A stretch of 63,064 nt of DNA, counting the filler, from Collodictyon triciliatum (lineage: Eukaryota), in the NCBI GenBank assembly GCA_043381765.1. It is 5 parts of 5 records of this genome, joined end to end, with 100 filler letters (N's around TTAATTAATTAA, not from the genome) between each part and the next. Parts side by side here need not be neighbours in the genome. Positions count along the whole stretch, not along the records: positions 17,765 to 35,429 come from JBHJMP010001431.1; 4 more parts are not named here. One strand, 5' to 3'. The notes under the pieces were generated by a model. The model made no database searches, was not told the DNA's origin, and was given only the letters and a program-made list of their open reading frames with translations. Within the stretch, counting starts at the first letter, position 1. Each line of letters opens with the position of its first letter. Both the position numbers and the translations under genes were made by a program. Of this stretch, positions 21,961 through 32,684 are shown piece after piece.

Positions 21961-23390
21961 TCAAGATATCAAGGTCTTGAACCGCTCAACAACTACAGAG
22001 AAGTCAGGTCGCTTTGAGGCATCCGTATTCCAACACTCTGTCATTATTTTCTGATAACCCTCCGGCATATTTGTTGGGATGGGGGGCCGGATACCGCGGG
22101 CTGAGTCATGCACAATCTATTTGAAACGGGCATGCCGATTTCATATTAGACATAACAATATTTCATGCTGTTATCTTTCAAAATATTCAATCTCTAAATA
22201 TTCTCTGCTATTTGTGGCATGGAAATTGATATGAACAACGAACCCTTAGTGGATTGAGGCCTTCAAAGGGCGCTGTCCTCGTCCATACCTCCCACATGAT
22301 GACACCAAAGCTGTAGACGTCACTTTTCGTTGAAATTTGATTCCCAAGAAACAAACCAGGGTCCGTGGTGGCAGCACTCTCCTGATTCAAAGATTGCATT
22401 CTGGACAGCGCTTTGAGTGGGCTGAATCCATAATCGGAGACCAAGGTTGCCCAATCATTCATGACCTAAATGATTATTTGCAAAAAGCAATATAATAAGA
22501 CAAGATAAACAAAATAAGAACAAAAAAAAAACCTGAGTTGCCACATAAAAAGAAAAATTGGTGGTATTTTTTTAAAAGTATTTGCATAACTCAATACTCT
22601 GCAAGTATGTTAGTAAAAGATTGTATTTAATGTATCTACCCCTATGTTAACCGTCCTTAGGTCTTCGTGTCGAATCGGGTCGCTCTGGGTGTGAAGATAG
22701 TTCATACCGAGTGCGATTTGTTTCATAATTTTGAATTTATTTGCTTGAGAGATTGATATTCGATCTTCCTTCAAAACAAAGTTGAGCGACCCCTTTTCAA
22801 AGTAAGTGGTGATGTAGCAAAACCCAGGGGATTGGACTCGAGCAGCTATTATGGATGCCACATTCGGATGATTCAACACACTAAGTTTTTAACACGCCAA
22901 AGGCAATATGTATGGGCGGATATTATAATTCAAATGATTAGTCAAGCAATTTTCCACTGTGAAAAGATATAGTTTCACACAAAAAGGGTTGGTGATGTTT
23001 CATTTTAATTCAATTTCAATTCGCCTTTTATACATGATTCCGAATAGACAAAGCAAAGTTTGTCACATAATGAAAAAAAAAAAAGAAAGAGGAAGAGACC
23101 CACTGGTATTTACGGACTTCCGTCTCGAAGTCTGCTCGCTGTTGTGGATCAAGGGCTGTTTTCGTCAGGCGGTGGACTATTGCCTTTTGGCCCCGAAATA
23201 AACCCACACTTATATCTGCATAGCCGTCTGTGCGGATAAAGTCCTTCAAGAGCAAACGAAACTCGGGCTCCTCTGTCTCAGGGTGAGGCGTGCCGAAGGG
23301 CAAGTCCAAGTTGTCGAGGTAGATCGTGCTGTCTCCACCCCCAGGGCCGAGATGAGACGCGGTGTTGCTTTTTGTGCAGATTGCACCCAT
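21961..23390 (-). CDS. N-acylated TKL-like pseudokinase, paralog B (4 exons)
   Basis: MGAICTK; KAIVHRL at the VAIK position; LNHPNV; RHEDLRTVNIG; VSDYGFS; TTDPGLF; TKSDVYSFGVIMWEV; RPPIP..ECWNTDASKRPDF..LIS*. Same three intron positions as paralog A. Confidence 0.88.
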
Positions 23391-25023
23391 GACACTGAGG
23401 CAAAAGATACCTTTCACTACAGCCCCTTCACACGAGGTCAACCATAAAAAAAGAAAAAAAAAGAGAAAAAAAAAGAACTGGCAAATAGGAAGGAAGGAAG
23501 GAAGGAAGCTATAGGGCGAGGCCACAAGAACTGATTTGTGGCGCTGGCAAGAAAGTAGAGGCATTTTCGCGTTTCGTGTTTACAAGCCTCTTGGGATCAC
23601 CCGAGTGCAGTGGGTGAATCATTCAAAGTATGGTTTCCTTTTTATTTTTTTTTATCTTTCACTTCCTGTATCAAAGGCATAGTGCTAGAGGATATGTGTG
23701 GGGAAGTGGCCGAGTTGTGCCAAGCGAGAATTACCAAAGCGCCGGGTGGCATTAAACAAGAACTGACAGCCGCGATAACAGCGAGATTCCGCTCAAAAAA
23801 GGGGGAAACATAACGTTTTGCAAATATGGTATGGACAATCTGATCCGCTCTCCAACGAGGCGTAGTGGCCTTCTTTTTCCTCTTGTGTGTGAATGGGTTG
23901 GAGGGGTTCGGCCAAAGTCATTGGTTAGGAAGCGAGGCAATTTGATACAGGAAGTAGTTCTTCATATCGATTCATCTCGTTTATAAAGAAATTCACGGGT
24001 TTCTCCAGGGTTTGAATGAAGATGAGCTTTTGTGTGTTGCGGTTGTGTCACTTCATGGTTGGAAGCCTTTTGCTTTGAGGTCGGCTTTTGCTGCCTCGAT
24101 TTGCTGGCGATGTAATAGAGAATGTACTTTAGTTTGTCTGTTGATTATTATTTTTTTTTTTGGTAAGAATGAAACAACTCATATGAGAACTTTTATCACC
24201 TTTTTTAGCTCCAGTCCCGCCTCTGGGCAATCTTTGAATCTCACAAGACCATACCCAAGACTAAACAAAGAATAGCAGCCGAAGAGGATAACCAGATAGA
24301 GGGGCATCTACACAATGTGTGTGCATGGTGTCGAAACAAGGAAGAAAAAGAAAGTTGAAGCCACATGAATGATTAAACAGGCATAATTTGCTTTTGTTGA
24401 ATGGTATATATGTTGAAAATATATTGGTGTTGATTAAGTCTTAATATGAAGCATAGTTGAATGCTATCTATCGCGTTATGATCTTAACAATTGTATCACA
24501 TATTGCTGTGTTATGTTTTCCTACAAGGGGTATGTTTGATTGTTTTGCATCGTCCATAAACCTGGAGAGAGAACTCCCGAAAGTGAGGGATCGCGTCCCA
24601 GTGCGTCGGAGTCCATCCAACAAAAACAGCGAGCCAATACGACAACAGAACGCTGAGACCAGAGAAAAACCTGACTGCTCGCGACATGGAGTGATCACTG
24701 TATAATTCAAGTCCTGTTGGGAAGGGGTTTAAGTAATGAAGCTTTGTCTGTCAAGGAACAAATCCTTGTTTCGTTTGATCGCCTAGGTTTTTTTTTTTTT
24801 TTTTTGCTTATGGCTTTGTGTGTGTTTCTATTTCTCGGTTGAGTTTTCTGCTTAGATTTGTGTTTTGTTGTTTGCTTTGCCAAGTACGCTTTGCCCGGCA
24901 CCAAGACAACCACGCGCAGGTTGCGGGTATTGCAACGAGCCAAGGGCTTCTTGCTTTCGTATTACCGCTCACTCTCCTTATAGAACCGCCTTCAAGAACA
25001 AGAGCAAGAACGCTGGACTGCCA

Positions 25024-26874
25024 ATGCGCCTCCTCCTCGCCGTCCTGATCGTTGTGCTCCTGACAATATCCCACCTGCTTCTCTACAACCAGGTGGAAAT
25101 GGCTTATCGGCCAACGCACAAAGTGTCTGATGCAATAAGCGACTCAGACACACGGAGACGGCTGTCAGAATCAACCATCCAACAGAGAATCCGTGACTTT
25201 GCGCGACAAGCAACCATCCCAAGTCAAAGTTGTGTGCGGAACTGCGAGAACGGAGGTGTGATTAAAGTGCAGCTGCCTACAGAAACTTGGGCCCAACATT
25301 GTGACCATCAACAGCAACAGCAAAAACAACAGAAAAACCCAAAGCAGACCGAGGGCTTTGTGCTCTGCACTTTAAGCCAGTTTGCCATCAGCAACCCGGC
25401 CTACGAGCGCCTGATTCTTGCAAACCACACCACTACGGGCACCTGTGATGAACCTGGCTTTGTTGCGTGTCCGCTGCCCTTCCCATCCGACTGCGTAGAC
25501 CACTGCTGGAATGAGTGGACCGCATCTGTGCCTCTGGACGGACTTGTTTCCCGAGCGCACATATACAATCTTCGGCTTCTTCCTCAGCGCCCATTCCGAA
25601 TCCTCGCTTTGTATCCACCTCCAGAACAAGACATCGACACACGCATCCAACCAGTCACTAACAGCGATGTCTTTGGGTTACTTGATCTGGACCCCAACGC
25701 GGCCATGAGTGCAAATATAGGCAACCACATTCGGGTCATGTCATACTACCTTCCAAACGCTATGCGGAGAGACAGATGCAACACGGTCTACTGTGTGTAC
25801 GAGTATCCCAACAGTGACCTTGAAATACAGCCTGCTCAGCCTGGGGATATCTCACTGGCCTTTTGCCCTCTCCCCAAAGACTGGAATGGTTACTCCAGAC
25901 AGGGACGACCAAGACTTTCCCAGGAGCAAGTGCTTTTGAGAATGACGTATGACTTTGAGACTCTGAGTGAACCCTATCCTTTGCAGTTTCAGCAGGTTGT
26001 ACCCCTTTTGGGTCCAGTGGACGGGCAGGATGTCGCAAGCAACATGGATGCTGGACTTTCATTTGTCTACATGAGCATATGCGCCATGGTTCGGAAGGAG
26101 GGACCGAATCTGCTCGAGTGGCTCGAATTTCACAGGATGATGGGCTATGAGCGCTTCATTTTATACGACAACAACGACCCATCCGATCCGGACATTCTTA
26201 TGGACGAAATATTGTCAAAATACTCTGCTGGTGTAATTGTGCGGTTGAAGTGGGCATACAACCACTCCCAGACAGAAGCCCTGACCGATTGCATTCAACG
26301 CTTCCGACACACCACCGAGTGGATGACGTTTATAGACGTGGATGAGTTCATGGCACCTGCTCGCAAGTTCCGCACGGTCAGGCACGCGCTGGAAAATATG
26401 CCGGACGAAAAAAAATACATACACTCCGACTGGATGACGTTTGGTCCCTGTGGGGAGACTGCGCGTAAGGTCGGGCAACTGGTGATTGACTTATGCCGAA
26501 ACGTCACAAAGCCCACGTCATACTCTCCAAAACCTACATTCCGAATCAAACACGCCATGAGCATCCAAGGATACGGACCGCATTACATCCGCCTTTGGGC
26601 TGACCGTGCGGTGCGGACGCGGTCAAAGAGTGATTATGTTTCGGGGCACCTGCTCATATATCATTATCGTTATCGATCTTGGGAGGAGTTTGTCGCAAGG
26701 AGAAAGGGCCCAACTGCAGGCAGAGTCATGGTTTGGGATGATGATCGGTTCACTGCAGAATGGAAAAAAGCCCTGCAGTACAACAAACCAATATCCAAGA
26801 GTGCTCACAGAATAGCAAGGTTTATCCCTGCTCTCAAAAAACGTTTGCAGTCAACGAAGGGTGTTAGGAATTAA
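25024..26874 (+). CDS. Type II membrane glycosyltransferase, GT92/DUF23-like (GT-A fold), intronless
   Basis: Signal-anchor MRLLLAVLIVVLLTISHLLL; C-terminal domain SICAMVRKEGPNLLEWLEFHRMMGYERFILYDNN ... DCIQRF..EWMTFIDVDEF (DxD) ... LIYHYRYRSWEEF. The first ATG is at 25024; the ORF track start at 24865 is a non-ATG codon. Confidence 0.85.
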   Translation: MRLLLAVLIVVLLTISHLLLYNQVEMAYRPTHKVSDAISDSDTRRRLSESTIQQRIRDFARQATIPSQSCVRNCENGGVIKVQLPTETWAQHCDHQQQQQKQQKNPKQTEGFVLCTLSQFAISNPAYERLILANHTTTGTCDEPGFVACPLPFPSDCVDHCWNEWTASVPLDGLVSRAHIYNLRLLPQRPFRILALYPPPEQDIDTRIQPVTNSDVFGLLDLDPNAAMSANIGNHIRVMSYYLPNAMRRDRCNTVYCVYEYPNSDLEIQPAQPGDISLAFCPLPKDWNGYSRQGRPRLSQEQVLLRMTYDFETLSEPYPLQFQQVVPLLGPVDGQDVASNMDAGLSFVYMSICAMVRKEGPNLLEWLEFHRMMGYERFILYDNNDPSDPDILMDEILSKYSAGVIVRLKWAYNHSQTEALTDCIQRFRHTTEWMTFIDVDEFMAPARKFRTVRHALENMPDEKKYIHSDWMTFGPCGETARKVGQLVIDLCRNVTKPTSYSPKPTFRIKHAMSIQGYGPHYIRLWADRAVRTRSKSDYVSGHLLIYHYRYRSWEEFVARRKGPTAGRVMVWDDDRFTAEWKKALQYNKPISKSAHRIARFIPALKKRLQSTKGVRN

Positions 26875-27726
26875 ACTTGTTCGAATCATCTATCCTAGTT
26901 ATCTTTCCCGTGGCCCAACCAAATGGATTATTTCCATATTAATTGTTAAAAAAAATAAAGTACCAAAAAAAAACCTTCAAAATAAGACAACATCATGCAA
27001 TAGATACAAAATGCCTAGTTGTTTTTATGTGCAACGCGGTACTCGCGGATTTCATCTAGTGGTTTAGCCATGTGGATTGTCTTCCATTTACCGACAAGAT
27101 TTCCTACTCGCCCAAGAACAAGTCCAAGCAATTCAATTCCTACGAATATTCCTCTGTAGATAATCGTATTGTCGTGCTATTTTGTATGAAAGGAATGTCG
27201 TTATATGTTTCATCGAGATGTGAAAATTTATTGATATAATAGCTACCCATTTCTTTACGACCTTGTATTTCACCAGAAGAAACTTATCCAAATATCTTCG
27301 TATGTCATGTGTTTTAATATTGTGCACGAACTGGTATACTTGCTATTCATAAGGGGGATTAAGATGACAAACAAAACTTATACCTTTGACTATTGACTCG
27401 AAAATTCGTTAAATTTAGATTACTTTATTTTTATTAATATCTTAAAATTAATTTTCAGAAGACAATGTTTTCAGGGCGAGGCGCTTAATAGGGAAAATAT
27501 TTTATTGATGCTCCTTACTGGTTGTATATGAAATTTCGACCTTTTAACCCAAAACGGCGCGATTAGGTATCTCATGCTGAGTAAAAGGCTACTGAGGTAG
27601 CATGAATAAAAATTGCATCCATATAACCACATGAAAGGTTCGTACTGAAAATACATACCTTAGATTTAATATATGGTCGTTATTGGTCCTTTTATATTTA
27701 TTTCATTTTCACTTTTATTTTTAATC

Positions 27727-27870
27727 CATTATCATTATCATTATCATTATCATTATCATTATCATTATCATTATCATTATCATTATCATCATTATCATTA
27801 TCATTATCATCATCATCATTATCATTATCATCATCAATATCATTATCATTATCATCAATATCATTATCAT
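27727..27870. repeat. (CATTAT)n microsatellite
   Basis: Seen directly; explains the HY/MI ORFs. Confidence 0.95.
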
Positions 27871-30061
27871 GTAAAAAAACCCAAAATTGAGGGTAAATAC
27901 GTCACCAATCCCATGAAGCAAGGAACTAATCTCCTAAATTAAGCTTCTTTATTATAAAAAATAAGTAAGATGTGGATGCAATTGAAGAGTAAAAAAAATC
28001 AAACGAGAAGTACTACTCTGTCTTCAGAAGAGATTAAGAGTAATACGGACGCTTTTTGCTCTTTTTTAATTTTTTTTTTTAAGTTGCCCTTACAATATGA
28101 GCCCTAATTGTGAGATGCACATAACTGTATCCCGATAGAAAAAACTGGCTGATTTGGGTATCAATAAGGTGGGTAATAGACTCACCCCAAATGTACTCAA
28201 CCCAAAAGCCTTGTTATGTGGTTATAAAAAAATAGTAGCCCAATCATCATCCTCTTTACGCCAGTATCTTATGATACGTGGAGAAGTAGTGTAGTCTTGG
28301 CATGGGGAATGTTTATTGGTAATAACATAATCTTCTACCGGAAAGTAGACAGCGCAGAGCGAAGAAAATGCAGTGGGTTGGGTTAATGTCAATAGAGCAC
28401 GGACATCCACTTTTTCAGTTTTTATGGCAGCTTCCTCAAGGTTTCAGCAAACTAAACATCATCCAGTTGGAAACAAACCTTAAAAGGCTTCTCTGCGAGG
28501 TAGTGCATTCGAATGCACCCATTTACGCATTACAGTTCCGATACCTACGTAAACCTTTGAAATATATTGAAATATCATTATTATGATGAAGAGACAGTCG
28601 TGAATAGAAAAATATATGCGAGGGAAAACAGGGATGCATCACAGGACTACGTCGCATATGCAGCTATTCTGACCAAGTCATATGCACCGTTGTAAGGCAA
28701 CTTCCATAGGTGGGCTTCGTAGTGTGAGAGTGAACTATCGAGAACACGTTCTTTCGTAAAGCAGGCGTGGATTCTGGGTAATGGGTAGCCATGAACCATA
28801 TTCAACTTTCGGTCTCCGATTAGCAGGAAGTAGGCTTTCTGTTTATTTTCTTCGGGGTAGAATGTGGGGGCTTCCAGTTATTATTTGTTTGATTTTGGGG
28901 ACTCTATCGCCTCGTGTGTTAGGTGCTACACATTCTTCGCCTTATTGGTGACATTCGCAGCCCTGACCGTAGATGACGAATGTTTCATGGTTCATCACAC
29001 ATCCCCTTGGCACTCGACATATTTTAAGGCACCCACGCAGCCTCTTTTGATATTATCGTTATGGGCTCAATGTTATATATCTATTTCTGGATTTTATAAG
29101 AATAATGTTTCCAGGTGCTTGTGTGCTGCAGCCGATTTAGTATTGCGTCAGACTCTCGCAGAATATTGGGTTGGACTTCAACGCTTTTGGACGAATCCAA
29201 TGACCGCCAACATTGCGCGTCAACACCTTGTGGAGCGTTTGTGGGTAGTGAGTTTTTTTTTTTTTACTCTAAAAATCTTACCTGTTGGACCTGTCTCGAC
29301 AATCTTTCATTCAACCACCAGGCAAGTAGCTCCAAAGTAGGTGATGATGTGGGTGGGATAGAATATTCATACATATTAAAAAATGAAATAAAAGACAAAG
29401 CCCAGCCCATCGCCAAGTCTCAAGTGGGCACGTAGCAAACGAATTATTTTATATATGTACCTCTCTCACAAAAATACAGCATCACTCCCAGGGCGTCATG
29501 GATTACAATCAGGGAAATCAGTTGGTCTTCACGTGGTTTCCATCCTCCTCTCTTTATCTCTTGTTTTCTTGTTTTTTAACCACATGATTATTTTATCATC
29601 AAAGTTGTCCACTCAGGTTTTTTTATCACCTTTATTCTGACTCTTAAGTGTGGGTGGAATGCTTCTGGATTGCTGGTTGTGATATCGGAAAAAGAACTGT
29701 GCTAAAAAATCCGATAAAAAGGGAAAGGCATCGAAATGAAAAGAAAATCAAGAAGGAAAAAAGGCGAACAGGCCGTGAATTGCTTGGCTGGCGGGTATGT
29801 AGTAAAAAAAAAAAAACTCGCCAAGTGTTGAAGCATACGAGATGCTGACTTTTCCTGCCGACTTAGTGATGACCTAAATTCCAACTATAAGAATTAAAGC
29901 GATGGTGAAAAAAAAAAAAAATAAAGCAATTTTATTTATTGTAAGCTTTGATACCAGGCCGGACCCTATCACTTTAACCAGCTACATACAGAAAAGGATG
30001 TCCAATTCGTGGTTACTGATGGCCATTTTGTAAAAGAAGCAATTAAGGCTTTTTTCTTTTA

Positions 30062-30169
30062 AAAACAAACAAACAAACAAACAAACAAACAAACAAACAA
30101 ACAAACAAACAAACAAACAAACAAACAAACAAACAAACAAACAAACAAACAAACAAACAAACAAACAAA
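30062..30169. repeat. (AAAC)n microsatellite
   Basis: Seen directly. Confidence 0.95.
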
Positions 30170-30231
30170 AGAGGGCATATGTATTAAATTTGAGCTGCAT
30201 GCGAAAGTTCAAACAAACACTCATATCTTAC

Positions 30232-32589
30232 GTGTTCGTAAAGCACCGGTTTAGGAATGAGTTCATAATCAGGATTGCTCTGCTCATTCCAGCAAGGTAG
30301 AAGTGTGATGCTACGAGACGCCCTCTTTATAGTCGATTGTTCTGCTTTGTTGTGAATGCACAAGCGGCCGAGAGCAGTCAGAACAGTAATTTCAGCAGGA
30401 AGTTCTTCAATCTGCGAGAATGGAAAAATGTTTTTGAGTTCATGACAGTGGATTCACTTTAATATCATATGTGTATTTAACAAACCGGATTATCACAGAC
30501 ATCCAACTGCACGAGGCCAGATAAACGTGTTATTTCCGATGACAGTGACAACAGCTGATTTTGAGAAACATCAAGGCGAGTGAGGACTGTCAGGTTTGAT
30601 ATTTGAGCAGGTACTGATGATATCTGTAAATCGTGATTATTAAGAATAAAATTAAGAAATGATGAAATTAATGCAAACATTAAAATGATATTTAATACAA
30701 ATTATTTTCTAAAAATAAGAGTCAATGAAAAAAGGAAATAAAAGTAGCAAACTTTGTTTTTTGATAAGTCCAGGTACGACAAGTTTGTAAGAGCGAAGCA
30801 TACATCCGGGAAAGACGTAAGCTGTAAGCGAACAGTGAATTATAATACAATCAATATTGAAGTGCTAGTGGTGGTTAATATAAAGTTATTAATATATTAT
30901 TACTTCGTTTGAATGGGCGTATAGTTTCTTCAGTCCTACTAAATGCTTAAACGAATCAGGAATCTGGGAGAGCCTCATATCACCCATCCATAGCGAGGTT
31001 GCGTGTTGGATTCCATGATTGTAAGGGGTGTACCGTACATTCATATTTTGAATTTCTTCCAATTCTTGAAAAATATTAGAGGTTAATGGGTATCCAGGAT
31101 GGTCAACTTGATTTGGTTGCAGGTGGTCATTTATGAATTGGGATGCAAACGAAAGTTCTTGTTCAGAAATTGAATGGGTCGAGTAGATATCTGGCTGCTC
31201 AATCTTAGATATTATGATTCCGCTAAGCTTCAAGGCCTTCACTTTCTCAAGTAATCTTTTTGACGATTCGTCTTTCTTTTTCTGCAGATGAACCACCAAT
31301 TCAGAATAAAATAATTCCCCAACCTTCTTTTTTGAAAGATTGGAAATGCTGCCAGCGTCTTCATTTGATAATTCAACAAATGCAATTATGTCATCTGGAG
31401 ATATGTAATACGTCTCAATCATCATTCTTTCATTCAGCCTGTCTTGAATTTCTTCAAATCTTTCCCAGCTTTGGTTTGAAATCTTATCGCTCAATTTTAA
31501 AAAGCCATGCTCTCGAAGCCACTCCACAAATTCACCCTGGTACATATCAGCCAAAGGAGCATATTTAATTGGAAGTAATTCGTTCATCATTTTTTGAGAA
31601 AGCATCTGTTGGCCAGATTTCAATTCATCCAAGTATATACAGACTGGATTAAGAGATGGTCGGAGCTTGTAGTTTTGCTTCCAGCACGCTTTGATAAGGT
31701 GGTTAAGCTCACTAGTGGTTTCTTTCGGTATTTCAGGTCGTAAACCCCTGATGACGAAACCTTGTGTCTCTTTTTCATTCATAAAAGGCTCGACGCCAGA
31801 AAACATGTACCAAACGAGCATTCCCAAAGCATACACATTACTTGGTTCTCCTCGATGCCCCTGATTCACTCCATCCTCGCCATACATTTCCGGATTATCA
31901 CCATAGTGAGGCGCGCCAACAACATCATGGATTTCTGGTGCTTGCCAATTGGCAGTTCCGCCTTTGTTATAACCAAATCTCGTCGGTAATCCTGAACCGA
32001 CTTTATCTACATCACGGTGACTTACTATCCCAAAATCCACAATTTTTGCCGTTTCATCCACAATCATAACGTTGTCGGCTTTCAAATCTTCGTGATACAG
32101 GTGTTTGGAATGCATGAAATTAAGACCTTGACACAATTGTTTTGTGTAAGAAATAATTTGAGGTAATGAAGGCTTCATGTTTTTCTTCTCCAACATCGCT
32201 TTCAATGAAATACCTGCATCCTCCATAATCATATAAAAGTTGTCCTCTTTACGATGCACACCAAATATTTTGACTATATTTTCACATTCCTTGCATTCAT
32301 GTAGAAACTTGCTTTCAAAAATGAGCGATTCAATTACCTCGCTGAGGGTCTGTTTTCCCATTTGTTTGATGGTTTGAATTTTCACCACGGCTCTTTTTCC
32401 TTTGTGTGTTGTTGTGTAAACTCGCCCATATGTCCCTTTTGCGAGATACCCTGACAGTTCTATTTTTTCATCAGCCCATAGGTCTTTTAGATCTTTGTTA
32501 ATTGAATCCAGCTCAAGAGTTCCTTCAGCAGATTGTGGCTTTTTTGTCTTATTCGCTCTCTTCAGCGAGGCAAATCTCTTTGAAAATCC

Positions 32590-32684
<95 letters not shown>

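Noticed and set aside
23600-24720. Possible small plus-strand gene (exon-like GLNEDELLCVA and LQSRLWAIFESHK..)
   Set aside because: I could not assemble a consistent start, frame and stop, and recognised no domain.
32548-32592. In-frame TAA upstream of the Roco kinase, suggesting stop-codon reassignment or a pseudogene
   Set aside because: Using the AAG acceptor that overlaps this TAA keeps the frame (MEQ-D-KKPQ). Long ORFs elsewhere terminate normally at TAA, TAG and TGA, so the standard code fits.
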